A stretch of DNA of 64,000 nt from Minisyncoccia bacterium (lineage in GTDB: Bacteria > Patescibacteriota > Minisyncoccia > Phycocordibacterales > JAACPR01). The notes below the pieces were generated by a model, which was not told where the DNA came from, did not search any database, and saw only the letters and a list, made by a program, of their open reading frames with translations. How positions within the stretch are numbered: position 1 is the first letter of the stretch; the number at the start of each line of letters is the position of its first letter. Position numbers and translations under genes: made by a program. This document shows positions 1 to 9,121 of the stretch, piece after piece. Location of the stretch: contig JBGSLH010000016.1 in NCBI GenBank assembly GCA_041740795.1, forward strand, positions 3,431-67,430. Direction: 5' to 3'.

Positions 1-23
1 ATTAAAGAAATTTTGCGCAAGAG

Positions 24-48
24 AAAGCCCCGCATGTGCAGGGCTTTG
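24..48 (-). terminator. Putative intrinsic terminator downstream of the 67..453 ORF
   Basis: Imperfect GC-rich hairpin AGCCCCGCA/TGCAGGGCT. On the minus strand it is followed by TTTCTCTT. Confidence 0.4.
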
Positions 49-66
49 GTTTGCGAGATAGGAAGG

Positions 67-453
67 TCATTCTTCTTCGGTCGATCCTTCTCTCTGTCTG
101 GTTCGAAAGAAAGAGGCTTTGGTGCAAATCACAATTGATCCACCAAAGATGAACATCATAAGAAGTCCCATTAAAGCAAGGACTCCGCTGATAATCACTG
201 CTCCTACTTCGTAATTAAAGGCATCTTGCCAGAAATCATAGTCGAATCGGTGAGTGAAGTATTTTCCCGGAAAGAGAAGTAATGCCAGCCCCAGAAGGTA
301 AAGCCAGAGGTTGTTTTTCAGATAGATGAAGTAGTGGTTATCTTCTGATTCCTTGTTCAGGGTCACAGGGTTCATCTTACAACACGCTACAAGCAGTAAA
401 AAAAAGGTCATATACGTACCCCAGTTGGAAAGTAGGTCAAATACAGGTTTCAT
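67..453 (-). CDS. Hypothetical multi-pass membrane protein
   Basis: 128-aa ORF with several hydrophobic helices (FFLLLVACC, LYLLGLALLLF, VIISGVLALMGLLMMFIFGG). No motif I can name. Confidence 0.5.
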   Translation of the reverse strand: MKPVFDLLSNWGTYMTFFLLLVACCKMNPVTLNKESEDNHYFIYLKNNLWLYLLGLALLLFPGKYFTHRFDYDFWQDAFNYEVGAVIISGVLALMGLLMMFIFGGSIVICTKASFFRTRQREGSTEEE

Positions 454-543
454 ATTTATTAATTTGAGTTACAGAATTCCTTTTCACATTACAACATCTC
501 TATCTTTTGTCAACTTTTCATACAAATGATACACTGAACATAC

Positions 544-3375
544 ATGAAATCATACGATCACAAGTCCATTGAGGCCAAATGGCAAAAGCAGTGGACCGAG
601 CAGAATCTTTTTAAGACAGTCGAAAATCCCAAAAATAAGATGTACATTCTTATCGAGTTTCCATACCCGTCCGGAGATCTCCATGTCGGCCACTGGTATG
701 CGTTTGCAGTAACTGACATTTTTGCGAGGTACATGCACCATGTCGGCAAGGATGTACTTTTTCCTATCGGATTTGATGCGTTCGGACTTCCAGCAGAGAA
801 CGCCGCAATCAAACGAGGACTCAATCCCAAGACATGGACCTATTCCAATATGGCAGTCATGACAAACCAGCTCAAGAATATGGGGACGATGTTCGATTGG
901 GACAAAAAAATCGTGACGTGCGATCCTTCGTATTACAAATGGACACAGTGGTTGTTTCTCCAATTTTATAAAAAGAATCTGATTCACCACGAGCAGACTC
1001 ACGTTAACTGGTGTCCTTCTTGTAAAACAGTCCTTGCAAACGAACAGCTCGACAGCGGATTGTGCGAACGTTGTGGAAGCACTGTTGAACAAAAAGAAAT
1101 GATGCAATGGAATATCGCTATCACACAGTATGCAGACAAGCTTATTGATGATCTTGAACAGGTCAAATGGCCCAATCACATCAAGGAAGCGCAGAAGAAC
1201 TGGATTGGTCGAAGTACCGGTGCGTATTTTTCATTCGACATTCAAGACAGCGTCGAAAAAATTAAAGTCTTCACAACTCGTCCTGATACCTTGTTCGGTG
1301 TTACATACGTGGTAATTGCTCCTGAACATGATCTTGTTCAAAAATTAAGATCTCAAATCACCAATAGGTCTGAGGTCGATGCGTATATCCAAAAAACAAA
1401 TCAAAAGACCGATCTCGACAGACAAGCAAGTAAAGAAAAATCAGGGATACAACTACAAGGACTTTTTGCAATACATCCTGCTACACAAGAGCACATACCT
1501 GTATTCATCGCAGATTATGCTCTTGCTCGATATGGGACTGGATGTGTAATGGCTGTACCTGCGCATGATGAAAGGGATTTTGAATTTGCTTCAAAGTTTA
1601 ATTTGCCAATTAAGCATGTAATTCGTCCTGTTCGAGTAGATTCAACTAATCCACCACAAGAAGGAAAGAAAGATGTATACAGAACAAACGTTCATGTTTT
1701 TGTGCGAAACCCCAAAGATAATACGTACTTATGTTTGAAATGGAAAAAATTCGATTGGAATACGTTTATTATTGGAGGAGTTGAAAAAGGAGAGGATATT
1801 ATTGAAGCTGCCAAAAGAGAAGTGCTGGAAGAAACAGGGTATAAAAATATTAAATTGATTCAAACACTTGGAGAAGGTGTTGAAGCACATTATTTTGCGG
1901 CTCACAAAGATGAAAACCGAATCTCAATTTCTCTACCTATTCTTTTTGAACTGATTGATGAAGAACGACACGAAGTTTCTACAGAAGAATCGGTGCAAGT
2001 AGAACCATATTGGTCTACTCTTGAAACTGTTAAAAAAGGACCTTTCACTTGTTCAGAACTGGATGTATGGCTTGATCGTTTAGAAAACATTCCACATGCA
2101 ATGCTTGAAAAGGGTACAGTATTCAATTCAGGTGACTTTGATGGAATTTCTTCAGAAGAAGCCAAATTCAAGATCACAGAAAAATTTGGAGAAGTTGCAA
2201 CCACATACAAACTTCAAGACTGGTCAGTATCACGACAACGATATTGGGGATGTCCTATCCCGATGATTCACTGTAGTTCATGTGGGATTGTGCCTGTTCC
2301 CGAAAATCAGCTCCCTGTACAACTTCCTGAAATGGAAAAAATAGAAATACGAGATGATGGCAAATCTCCACTCGCACACAATCAAGAATGGGTAAACATA
2401 CCTTGTCCTGTCTGTGATGCTCCTGCAAGGCGAGAGACAGACACTCTCGATACATTTGTTGATTCAAGTTGGTATTACACTCGATATGTGGACATGCTCA
2501 ATATTGAAGCATTCGCAGACAAGAAAAAACTTGATACCTGGATGCCTATTGATTTTTATTCAGGTGGAAGCGAGCACACGACGAGACATCTTCTATATGC
2601 TCGATTCGTATACAAAGTCATGCACGATCTCGGACTTGTTCCACAATCAGAACCTTTTATGAAAAGAAACAATAGAGGTCTTATCCTCGGACCGGACGGA
2701 AACAAGATGAGCAAATCCAAAGGTAATGTAATCAATCCAGACGAGTTAGTAGAAAAAGTTGGTGCTGACGTTGTGCGTTCATACCTTGCTTTTATCGGCC
2801 CATACAACGAAGCAGGGAGTTATCCATGGGATCCGAACGGAGTCGTAGGTATTCGAAGATTTTTTGAACGTGTGTGCGAACTCGCAGACAGAATTTCAAC
2901 AGAAGATTCAAAAGAATCTCTCATTGCCCTCAATACGATGCTTTCACAGATTACGTATGACTTTGAACAACTCAAACTCAACACTGCATTATCTAAACTT
3001 ATGATTTGTGTGAATATTTTAGAAAAAAGCAATTTTTCGAAGCAGACATTCCAATCGCTTCTCATTGTGCTCAACTCATTCGCACCACATATCGTGCAAG
3101 AACTCTGGTCACAGACAGACGGAGTAGGCTTTATTCATACCCAAAAATTCCCGGCTGCAGATCAGTCTCTACTTGGGCAACAAGGTATAAAAATAGCTGT
3201 TCAAGTTAATGGAAAAACTCGAACCGTATTAGAATTATCACCTGATGCATCGCAGGAGGAAGTACTCTCACTTGCAAAAGCATCATCTGAAATCATCAAG
3301 TGGACAGAAGGAAAAACCATTGTCAAAGAAATCTACGTACCTCAAAAACTGGTCAGCCTGGTCGTAAAGGAATAA
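544..3375 (+). CDS. leuS: Leucyl-tRNA synthetase carrying an inserted Nudix domain
   Basis: 943-aa ORF. It has the class I motifs PYPSGDLHVGH (HIGH) and NKMSKSKGN (KMSKS) and the CP1 editing signature TTRPDTLFGVTYVVIAPEH. Confidence 0.95.
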   Translation: MKSYDHKSIEAKWQKQWTEQNLFKTVENPKNKMYILIEFPYPSGDLHVGHWYAFAVTDIFARYMHHVGKDVLFPIGFDAFGLPAENAAIKRGLNPKTWTYSNMAVMTNQLKNMGTMFDWDKKIVTCDPSYYKWTQWLFLQFYKKNLIHHEQTHVNWCPSCKTVLANEQLDSGLCERCGSTVEQKEMMQWNIAITQYADKLIDDLEQVKWPNHIKEAQKNWIGRSTGAYFSFDIQDSVEKIKVFTTRPDTLFGVTYVVIAPEHDLVQKLRSQITNRSEVDAYIQKTNQKTDLDRQASKEKSGIQLQGLFAIHPATQEHIPVFIADYALARYGTGCVMAVPAHDERDFEFASKFNLPIKHVIRPVRVDSTNPPQEGKKDVYRTNVHVFVRNPKDNTYLCLKWKKFDWNTFIIGGVEKGEDIIEAAKREVLEETGYKNIKLIQTLGEGVEAHYFAAHKDENRISISLPILFELIDEERHEVSTEESVQVEPYWSTLETVKKGPFTCSELDVWLDRLENIPHAMLEKGTVFNSGDFDGISSEEAKFKITEKFGEVATTYKLQDWSVSRQRYWGCPIPMIHCSSCGIVPVPENQLPVQLPEMEKIEIRDDGKSPLAHNQEWVNIPCPVCDAPARRETDTLDTFVDSSWYYTRYVDMLNIEAFADKKKLDTWMPIDFYSGGSEHTTRHLLYARFVYKVMHDLGLVPQSEPFMKRNNRGLILGPDGNKMSKSKGNVINPDELVEKVGADVVRSYLAFIGPYNEAGSYPWDPNGVVGIRRFFERVCELADRISTEDSKESLIALNTMLSQITYDFEQLKLNTALSKLMICVNILEKSNFSKQTFQSLLIVLNSFAPHIVQELWSQTDGVGFIHTQKFPAADQSLLGQQGIKIAVQVNGKTRTVLELSPDASQEEVLSLAKASSEIIKWTEGKTIVKEIYVPQKLVSLVVKE
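1624..2112 (+). other. Nudix-fold insertion domain inside LeuRS
   Basis: About 160 extra residues lie between AHDERDFEFASKFNLPIKHVI and GTVFNSGDFDG. They contain an exact Nudix box GGVEKGEDIIEAAKREVLEETGY (G-x5-E-x7-REUxEExGU) at 1774..1842. Confidence 0.75.
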
Positions 3376-3412
3376 CGAAACGAGCCTTGCACTGTAGGTG
3401 TAGATAACCTAT

Positions 3413-3440
3413 TTGACATATTTGATAAATGTGATAATTT
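3413..3440 (+). promoter_or_regulatory. Putative sigma70-type promoter
   Basis: TTGACA (3413-3418), a 16-nt spacer, then TAATTT (3435-3440). It lies about 55 nt upstream of the 3495 start. Confidence 0.35.
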
Positions 3441-3494
3441 GGAGATACAGCATTCGTGTATTTACTAAAATACCCTTAAAAGATTATTGATTGT

Positions 3495-4523
3495 ATGTTC
3501 AAATTATCATTTCAACCAAAACAAATAACTAAGAAGTTGGTAAAAATCCTACCACAGCGATCTCAAGACGTAATTACAAAACGTTATGGTATTGGTACTT
3601 CTTCAGACCACATGACTCTCGAAGCCATCGGTAAAGAATACGGCATTACCAGGGAACGAGTTAGACAGATCGAGGAGAATTCTCTTGCGACTATTCGCAA
3701 ATCAGAAGAGTTCAAAAAAACTCAAGATATTTTTAGTGAACTCCACAATCTTATGATTGAACTAGGTACTCTTGTTTCAGAAATCGAACTCCTTGATCAT
3801 TTGTCAAAAAATGAAGGTATCAGGAATAATCTTCACTTCTTGTTTGTACTTGGAAATGAGTTCAAAAAATCAAAAGAAGACGACCATTTTAAACACAGAT
3901 GGTATGTTGATACACAGATCGCCGAAAAAATTGAAATTGCAATCAAGACTCTCTACAAAGAAATGAGCAAGGACGCACTTATTTCTGACTCTGACATTTC
4001 AGAATCTCTTTTCCGACATATTGAAGGTATTTCACCAGAATATAAAAAAGAAGAAGTGATAAGACGGTGGTTAAACATTTCAAAGAAAATTGGACGGAAT
4101 CCTCTTGGAGAATGGGGACGAGCAGAATCACCCAACATTAACGTCAAAGGTATCAGGGACTATGCGTTCCTCGTTATCAGACGACACGGTTCACCGATTC
4201 ACTTTCGAGAAGTTGCAGAGCAGATCAACAAGCTCTTCGACAAAAAAGCCCATGTCGCGACATGTCATAACGAACTCATCAAGGATGCGCGCTTTGTTCT
4301 TGTAGGACGAGGACTCTACGCCCTTACTGATTGGGGATATGCATCAGGGGTAGTTCGAGACGTAATTCGAAATATCATCGTGAAGCACGGACCTCTTACC
4401 AAAGACGAAATAATCACCAAGGTTCTCAAAGAACGATACGTAAAAGAGAACACTATTCTTGTAAACCTTCAGAACCAGAAGAGTTTCAAAAAAGACAAGC
4501 AAGGCAAATACACGGCTGTATAA
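3495..4523 (+). CDS. Sigma-70 region 4-like HTH protein with a C-terminal winged-helix-like module
   Basis: 342-aa ORF. The N-terminal TLEAIGKEYGITRERVRQIEENSL matches a sigma70 region 4.2 HTH. The C-terminal IHFREVAEQINKLF...GRGLYALTDWGY resembles a HARE-HTH type module, which is the weaker inference. Confidence 0.55.
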   Translation: MFKLSFQPKQITKKLVKILPQRSQDVITKRYGIGTSSDHMTLEAIGKEYGITRERVRQIEENSLATIRKSEEFKKTQDIFSELHNLMIELGTLVSEIELLDHLSKNEGIRNNLHFLFVLGNEFKKSKEDDHFKHRWYVDTQIAEKIEIAIKTLYKEMSKDALISDSDISESLFRHIEGISPEYKKEEVIRRWLNISKKIGRNPLGEWGRAESPNINVKGIRDYAFLVIRRHGSPIHFREVAEQINKLFDKKAHVATCHNELIKDARFVLVGRGLYALTDWGYASGVVRDVIRNIIVKHGPLTKDEIITKVLKERYVKENTILVNLQNQKSFKKDKQGKYTAV

Positions 4524-4564
4524 GCTGCTTTCAAATAATTTTTTTGTGGTAGAATAATCACATA

Positions 4565-5806
4565 ATGAATTTTAGTTTTTTAGAATTACTTGCTATTGGG
4601 ATCGACTATCTTTTTTTCCTTATTCCTGTCGCTATTCCTGTACTTATTTTCTATCTTTTGTTCGATGTGTATGTCTCATACAATAGACAGAAGTATCGAA
4701 ACTCTCTCGAATGGGTTTTGCTTGAGATTATCCCATCGCCTGACAATGTTAAATCACCAGCTGCGATGGAGCTTTTTTTGTTGTCCTTGTATCAGACAAG
4801 CGGAGAATCAACGTGGATTGACCGATGGGTGAAGGGGAAGGTACGAACATGGTTCTCACTTGAGCTAGTTTCTCTCGGAGGGAAGGTCAGGTTTTATCTC
4901 TGGTGTGAATCCAAGATGAAAAAATTTATCGAATCGCAATTATATGCACAGTATCCTGGTGCCGAAGTACGCGAGGCCGAGGATTATGCTGCCAAATTTA
5001 ACACGACTCAATATGAGATAAAATCAATCGAAATGACTCTCGACAAACCTGATCCGTATCCGATCAAAACCTACATGGACTATGCTCTCGACAAGGAACA
5101 AGAGGAAGAGTTCAAGATCGATCCAATTACGCCAGTACTCGAATTTTTTAATACGATCCCAGAAGATAATTATGCCTGCATTCAGATTTTGGTCAGAGCA
5201 CACAAAGCAGAGGATCTTGATCCAAGCAAAACATTTCCGAGCTTTTCAAAAAAGATAGATAATTGGAAAGAGACCGCAAAAAAGGAAATTGAGGAAATCA
5301 AGAAAAAATCCTTTATTGAGGTTGAAGAAGCTGGAGTTAAGAAAAAACAAAACGTACAAACAGAGAGTCAGAAGCGTGTCATCTCTGCACTTGATCGAAG
5401 TACGACCAAATTTGCCTTTGATACAGGAATCCGCCTTTTGTATATTGGAAAAAAGGAATCCTTTGCTGATAACTTTGGGATTTTGACCGGAACATTCAGA
5501 CAATACAATACAGGCGAACTCAATAGCTTCAAACCTCGATCTGGATCCGGAAACAGTTTTGACTATCCTTGGCAGGATATATTTGGAAGAAAGGTAGTCA
5601 AAATAAAAGAAGAGCTCTTAGAAGCGTATCAACTTCGTGATTATTTTTGGAAAAGTGATTACAAAGACAAAAAGCGACCATTCTTTATTCTTAATACAGA
5701 GGAGTTGGCAACGATTTATCACTTCCCAGGCATGGTAGCACAGACACCTTCACTTAATCGAGTTGATTCACGCAAAGTTTCGCCTCCTGATAATCTTCCT
5801 GTCTAA
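4565..5806 (+). CDS. Conserved-looking hypothetical membrane-anchored protein
   Basis: 413-aa ORF with N-terminal TM helices and a K/E-rich middle. Its stop overlaps the mltG start (TAATG). I cannot name a family. Confidence 0.6.
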   Translation: MNFSFLELLAIGIDYLFFLIPVAIPVLIFYLLFDVYVSYNRQKYRNSLEWVLLEIIPSPDNVKSPAAMELFLLSLYQTSGESTWIDRWVKGKVRTWFSLELVSLGGKVRFYLWCESKMKKFIESQLYAQYPGAEVREAEDYAAKFNTTQYEIKSIEMTLDKPDPYPIKTYMDYALDKEQEEEFKIDPITPVLEFFNTIPEDNYACIQILVRAHKAEDLDPSKTFPSFSKKIDNWKETAKKEIEEIKKKSFIEVEEAGVKKKQNVQTESQKRVISALDRSTTKFAFDTGIRLLYIGKKESFADNFGILTGTFRQYNTGELNSFKPRSGSGNSFDYPWQDIFGRKVVKIKEELLEAYQLRDYFWKSDYKDKKRPFFILNTEELATIYHFPGMVAQTPSLNRVDSRKVSPPDNLPV

Positions 5807-6750
5807 TGATGAGTCTGACCATACAAAAAATATACGTAGGAGTTTCAATACTCGCACTTTTGTGGGTAGTACTTACTTCTGCACCGCTTAGTTTTCACGA
5901 CGACAGCATAATTACTGTTTCAAAAGGAGATAGTGTCAAAGTCATCGCACATAAACTCAAAGAAAACAAGATCATCCAGTCCGAAACTTTTTTTACCAAT
6001 GTCGTAATCTTTTTCAATCTTGATAACAAGATTGTTGCAGGGGACTATTCCTTCAAAAAAGAACCGACCCTTTTTCAGGTGTTACGCCGAATTTCGACAG
6101 GGGATTATGGTATAGAAGTAAAACGCATCACTCTTATCGAAGGTCTAACCATAGCAGAGATGGCACAACAGTTTTCTGCGGAATTCTATAATATTTCAGA
6201 AGAAGACTTCAAAGAAAAAGCGACTTCTTACGAAGGATATCTTTTTCCTGATACATATTATTTTACTGAAAATATTTCATCAGAAGATGTTATTGTAAAA
6301 ATGCGAACAACGTTTGACGAAAAGATTGCACAACAAAAGGATATTCTTAATTCCAAAAAACCACTCAAGGACATTGTCATAATGGCATCTATCATAGAAA
6401 AAGAAGCAACCGCTGAGTCTATGCAATTAGTCTCGAATATTCTATGGCATAGGATTGATATTAATATGCCACTTCAGGTTGATGCGAGTTTTGTCTATGA
6501 ACGAAACAAACACACATTCGAACTTTCTCTCGATGATCTTGCAACCGACTCTCCATATAATACATATATCAGATACGGACTGACTCCAACTGCGATATCC
6601 AATCCTGGTATTCAAGCACTGCGAGCGGCCGCTTTTCCAGAACCGACGCAATACCTTTATTTTTTGACAGGATACGATGGAGAGATGTATTATGCAAAAA
6701 CACTCAAGGAACACGATGCAAACCGCGAAAAATATCTTAAAGCAAAATAA
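5806..6750 (+). CDS. mltG: Endolytic murein transglycosylase MltG (YceG-like)
   Basis: 314-aa ORF with an N-terminal TM helix and YceG-type motifs ASIIEKEA, SPYNTY and YLYFLTGYDGEMYYAKTLKEH. Confidence 0.85.
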   Translation: MMSLTIQKIYVGVSILALLWVVLTSAPLSFHDDSIITVSKGDSVKVIAHKLKENKIIQSETFFTNVVIFFNLDNKIVAGDYSFKKEPTLFQVLRRISTGDYGIEVKRITLIEGLTIAEMAQQFSAEFYNISEEDFKEKATSYEGYLFPDTYYFTENISSEDVIVKMRTTFDEKIAQQKDILNSKKPLKDIVIMASIIEKEATAESMQLVSNILWHRIDINMPLQVDASFVYERNKHTFELSLDDLATDSPYNTYIRYGLTPTAISNPGIQALRAAAFPEPTQYLYFLTGYDGEMYYAKTLKEHDANREKYLKAK

Positions 6751-7792
6751 AAAAGTACTTGTCGGCATCTCAGGTGGTGTTGACTCTTCGGTGTCCGCAA
6801 TCCTCCTCAAAGAAGCAGGGTACGAAGTCGAAGGTGTTTTTGCTAAGGTGTGGCAGCCTGATTTTGTCGAGTGTACATGGCGCGACGAGATGAAGGACGC
6901 TATGCGTGTCTGTGCCAAGCTCGAAATCCCGTTTCACTTTCTTGATCTTGAAGAAAAATACAGGACACACGTAGCAGACTATATGATAGGTGAATATCAA
7001 GCAGGAAGGACTCCTAATCCTGATGTCATGTGCAATACGCACATCAAGTTTGGTTTCATCTACGAATTTGCCATGCAAAGCGGCTTTGACTTCCTTGCTA
7101 CAGGACACTACGCCCAGAATATCAAATGTCAGCTCTACAGAGGAGCCGACATCAACAAGGATCAGAGCTATTTTTTGTGGAATATTGATACTCCCAAGTT
7201 CGAACGGATTCTTTTTCCAATAGGCGATATGGAAAAAGAGGATGTGCGCAAGATTGCCGAGAAGTACAGTCTCTTTACTGCAGATAAAAAAGACAGCCAA
7301 GGCCTGTGCTTCATCGGTCCAGTGGACATGAAGTTATTTTTAAAAAAACTTATTACGACTAAGTCTGGTAATGTTCTAGATCAAAAAGGTCAGATGATTG
7401 GAACTCACGAAGGTGTGGAGCTTTATACTATCGGAGAGCGTCACGGCTTTACTATTTTTCCTGCCCACAAGCAGATTAACGAGAAACCTCTTTTTGTAAT
7501 CAACAAAGATATTGCACAAAACATACTTATCGTCGGTACTGAAACTCCATTGATCAAAGAAGTGGTCATTTCTTCTGTACGAATGCATGCTCCGCTTAAA
7601 AATTCAGAAATAGAAGTTCAGTTCAGATACCGTCAAAAACCTTTTGCAGCAAAATTAGTAGAACATGACGGTACATACAAGATAGTTTTTAATGAAATGT
7701 GCCCTGCGTTTATTGCTCTTGGACAGTCTGCTGTTATATATCAAGACACGCACTGTATTGGAGGTGGGGTAGTAGAAAAAATGTTATACTAG
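6716..7792 (+). CDS. mnmA: tRNA 2-thiouridine(34) synthase MnmA
   Basis: PP-loop VGISGGVDSSV, followed by DQSYFL and GQSAVIY. The ORF is open from 6677, but the 6716 ATG (MQTAKN) gives the usual short N-terminus. Confidence 0.9.
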   Translation: MQTAKNILKQNKKVLVGISGGVDSSVSAILLKEAGYEVEGVFAKVWQPDFVECTWRDEMKDAMRVCAKLEIPFHFLDLEEKYRTHVADYMIGEYQAGRTPNPDVMCNTHIKFGFIYEFAMQSGFDFLATGHYAQNIKCQLYRGADINKDQSYFLWNIDTPKFERILFPIGDMEKEDVRKIAEKYSLFTADKKDSQGLCFIGPVDMKLFLKKLITTKSGNVLDQKGQMIGTHEGVELYTIGERHGFTIFPAHKQINEKPLFVINKDIAQNILIVGTETPLIKEVVISSVRMHAPLKNSEIEVQFRYRQKPFAAKLVEHDGTYKIVFNEMCPAFIALGQSAVIYQDTHCIGGGVVEKMLY

Positions 7793-7796
7793 CAAT

Positions 7797-8252
7797 ATGA
7801 AAAAAACAATTATAACGATCGTATCATTAATAGTGTTGCTTGTAGTAGTTTTATATGGATATGAATTTATTTTTAAAAAACCAGTTATAGATCCTGTTGC
7901 AGATGAAGCAGAAATGATTCCTGAACAATCTCTTGATGTCAAAGTACAATACAAGGATTCTCGACATACGTTTGTGGGGACTTTGTCCGTTCCGACCCCT
8001 TGCCATACACTTGTCTCAGATGTAACCATGACAGCACCAGGTGCGTACCAAATCGAAGTGAATACCGTAGCTCCTGTTGCAGGAGTCATGTGTGCCCAAG
8101 TAATTACTGACAAGGATTTCAAGGTCAGCTTCGAAGCGCCTGAGGACGCTATTGTGACTGCATTTATAGACGGAGTTGAATACAGCCTTAACAGATTTAT
8201 GATCCCTGAAGGTGAAAACATCGATACATTTGAACTGATGATTAAGGGGTAG
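7797..8252 (+). CDS. Hypothetical secreted or membrane-anchored protein
   Basis: 151-aa ORF with an N-terminal signal/anchor IITIVSLIVLLVVVLYG. Confidence 0.5.
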   Translation: MKKTIITIVSLIVLLVVVLYGYEFIFKKPVIDPVADEAEMIPEQSLDVKVQYKDSRHTFVGTLSVPTPCHTLVSDVTMTAPGAYQIEVNTVAPVAGVMCAQVITDKDFKVSFEAPEDAIVTAFIDGVEYSLNRFMIPEGENIDTFELMIKG

Positions 8253-8253
8253 T

Positions 8254-9099
8254 ATGGCAGACTTGGTCATACTCAAAAGTAACGGCGAGAAAGAACTTTT
8301 TGCTCAGGAAAAACTGACGCGTTCGCTACGCAAATCTGGAGCATCTGATGACGAAATTGCGCAGACTGTCGCATACGTAATCGCAAAACTCAAACCCAAT
8401 ATGTCTACGGGAGATATATATGCTCTTGCCTACAAGAATCTCAATACACACCTGAAGCGCAACCCGAATGCAATACGGTACTCACTCAAGCGGTCAGTAA
8501 TGGAGCTCGGTCCGACAGGATTTCCTTTTGAAAAATTTATCGCACGGATATTTAACGCACTCGGATATGAATGCAAGACAGGACTCATTCTCCCAGGCAA
8601 GTGTATCGAGCACGAAGTCGACATCCTAGCTTACAATGCCGAAGAAGTCATCTGTATGGAAGCAAAATTCCACAACGAGGCTTGGACCAAGTCAGACGCC
8701 AAGGTTGCACTCTATGTCAAAGCACGTTTTGATGACTTGATCGGTCAGAACATAAAACTAGCTGGACGAGATAGGACAATTACAAAAGGTATTCTTGTAA
8801 CCAATACTGACTTTACTGACACGGTGTATCAGTATGTTGGTTGTATAGGCGCATTTAGTTTGATGAGTTGGAGTGATCCTGCAGAAAAAAACATTCTTAA
8901 TTATATCGAAAAGTATAGCCTCTATCCCATTGGAGTAATCCCAGAACTTTCCCAAAAAGACATCGCAATGCTCGTACTTAAGGATATCCTCCTGTGTAAG
9001 GAACTCAAGAACAATCCGTCCGTAATGGATGCTGTTGGATTCCGCAAAGCCAAGCAACAAGTAATCCTCGAGACAATCAACTCTATTTGCAATTGTTAA
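8254..9099 (+). CDS. ATP-cone domain fused to a restriction-endonuclease-like (Mrr-type) domain
   Basis: The N-terminal VILKSNGEKELFAQEKLTRSLRKSGASDDEIAQTV is ATP-cone-like. The middle FEKFIARIFNALGYEC...HEVDILAY...CMEAKFH fits a PD-(D/E)xK Mrr_cat pattern. Confidence 0.65.
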   Translation: MADLVILKSNGEKELFAQEKLTRSLRKSGASDDEIAQTVAYVIAKLKPNMSTGDIYALAYKNLNTHLKRNPNAIRYSLKRSVMELGPTGFPFEKFIARIFNALGYECKTGLILPGKCIEHEVDILAYNAEEVICMEAKFHNEAWTKSDAKVALYVKARFDDLIGQNIKLAGRDRTITKGILVTNTDFTDTVYQYVGCIGAFSLMSWSDPAEKNILNYIEKYSLYPIGVIPELSQKDIAMLVLKDILLCKELKNNPSVMDAVGFRKAKQQVILETINSICNC

Positions 9100-9121
9100 A
9101 AAATAAGCTACATTTGACGGT

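Noticed and set aside
550-1179. Long antisense or alternative-frame ORFs inside leuS. Many similar ones lie inside dnaK, alaS, murF, ftsI, lysS and other genes in the ORF track.
   Set aside because: They overlap genes with unambiguous family motifs, have no motifs of their own, and have low-complexity or odd composition. They are typical shadow ORFs.
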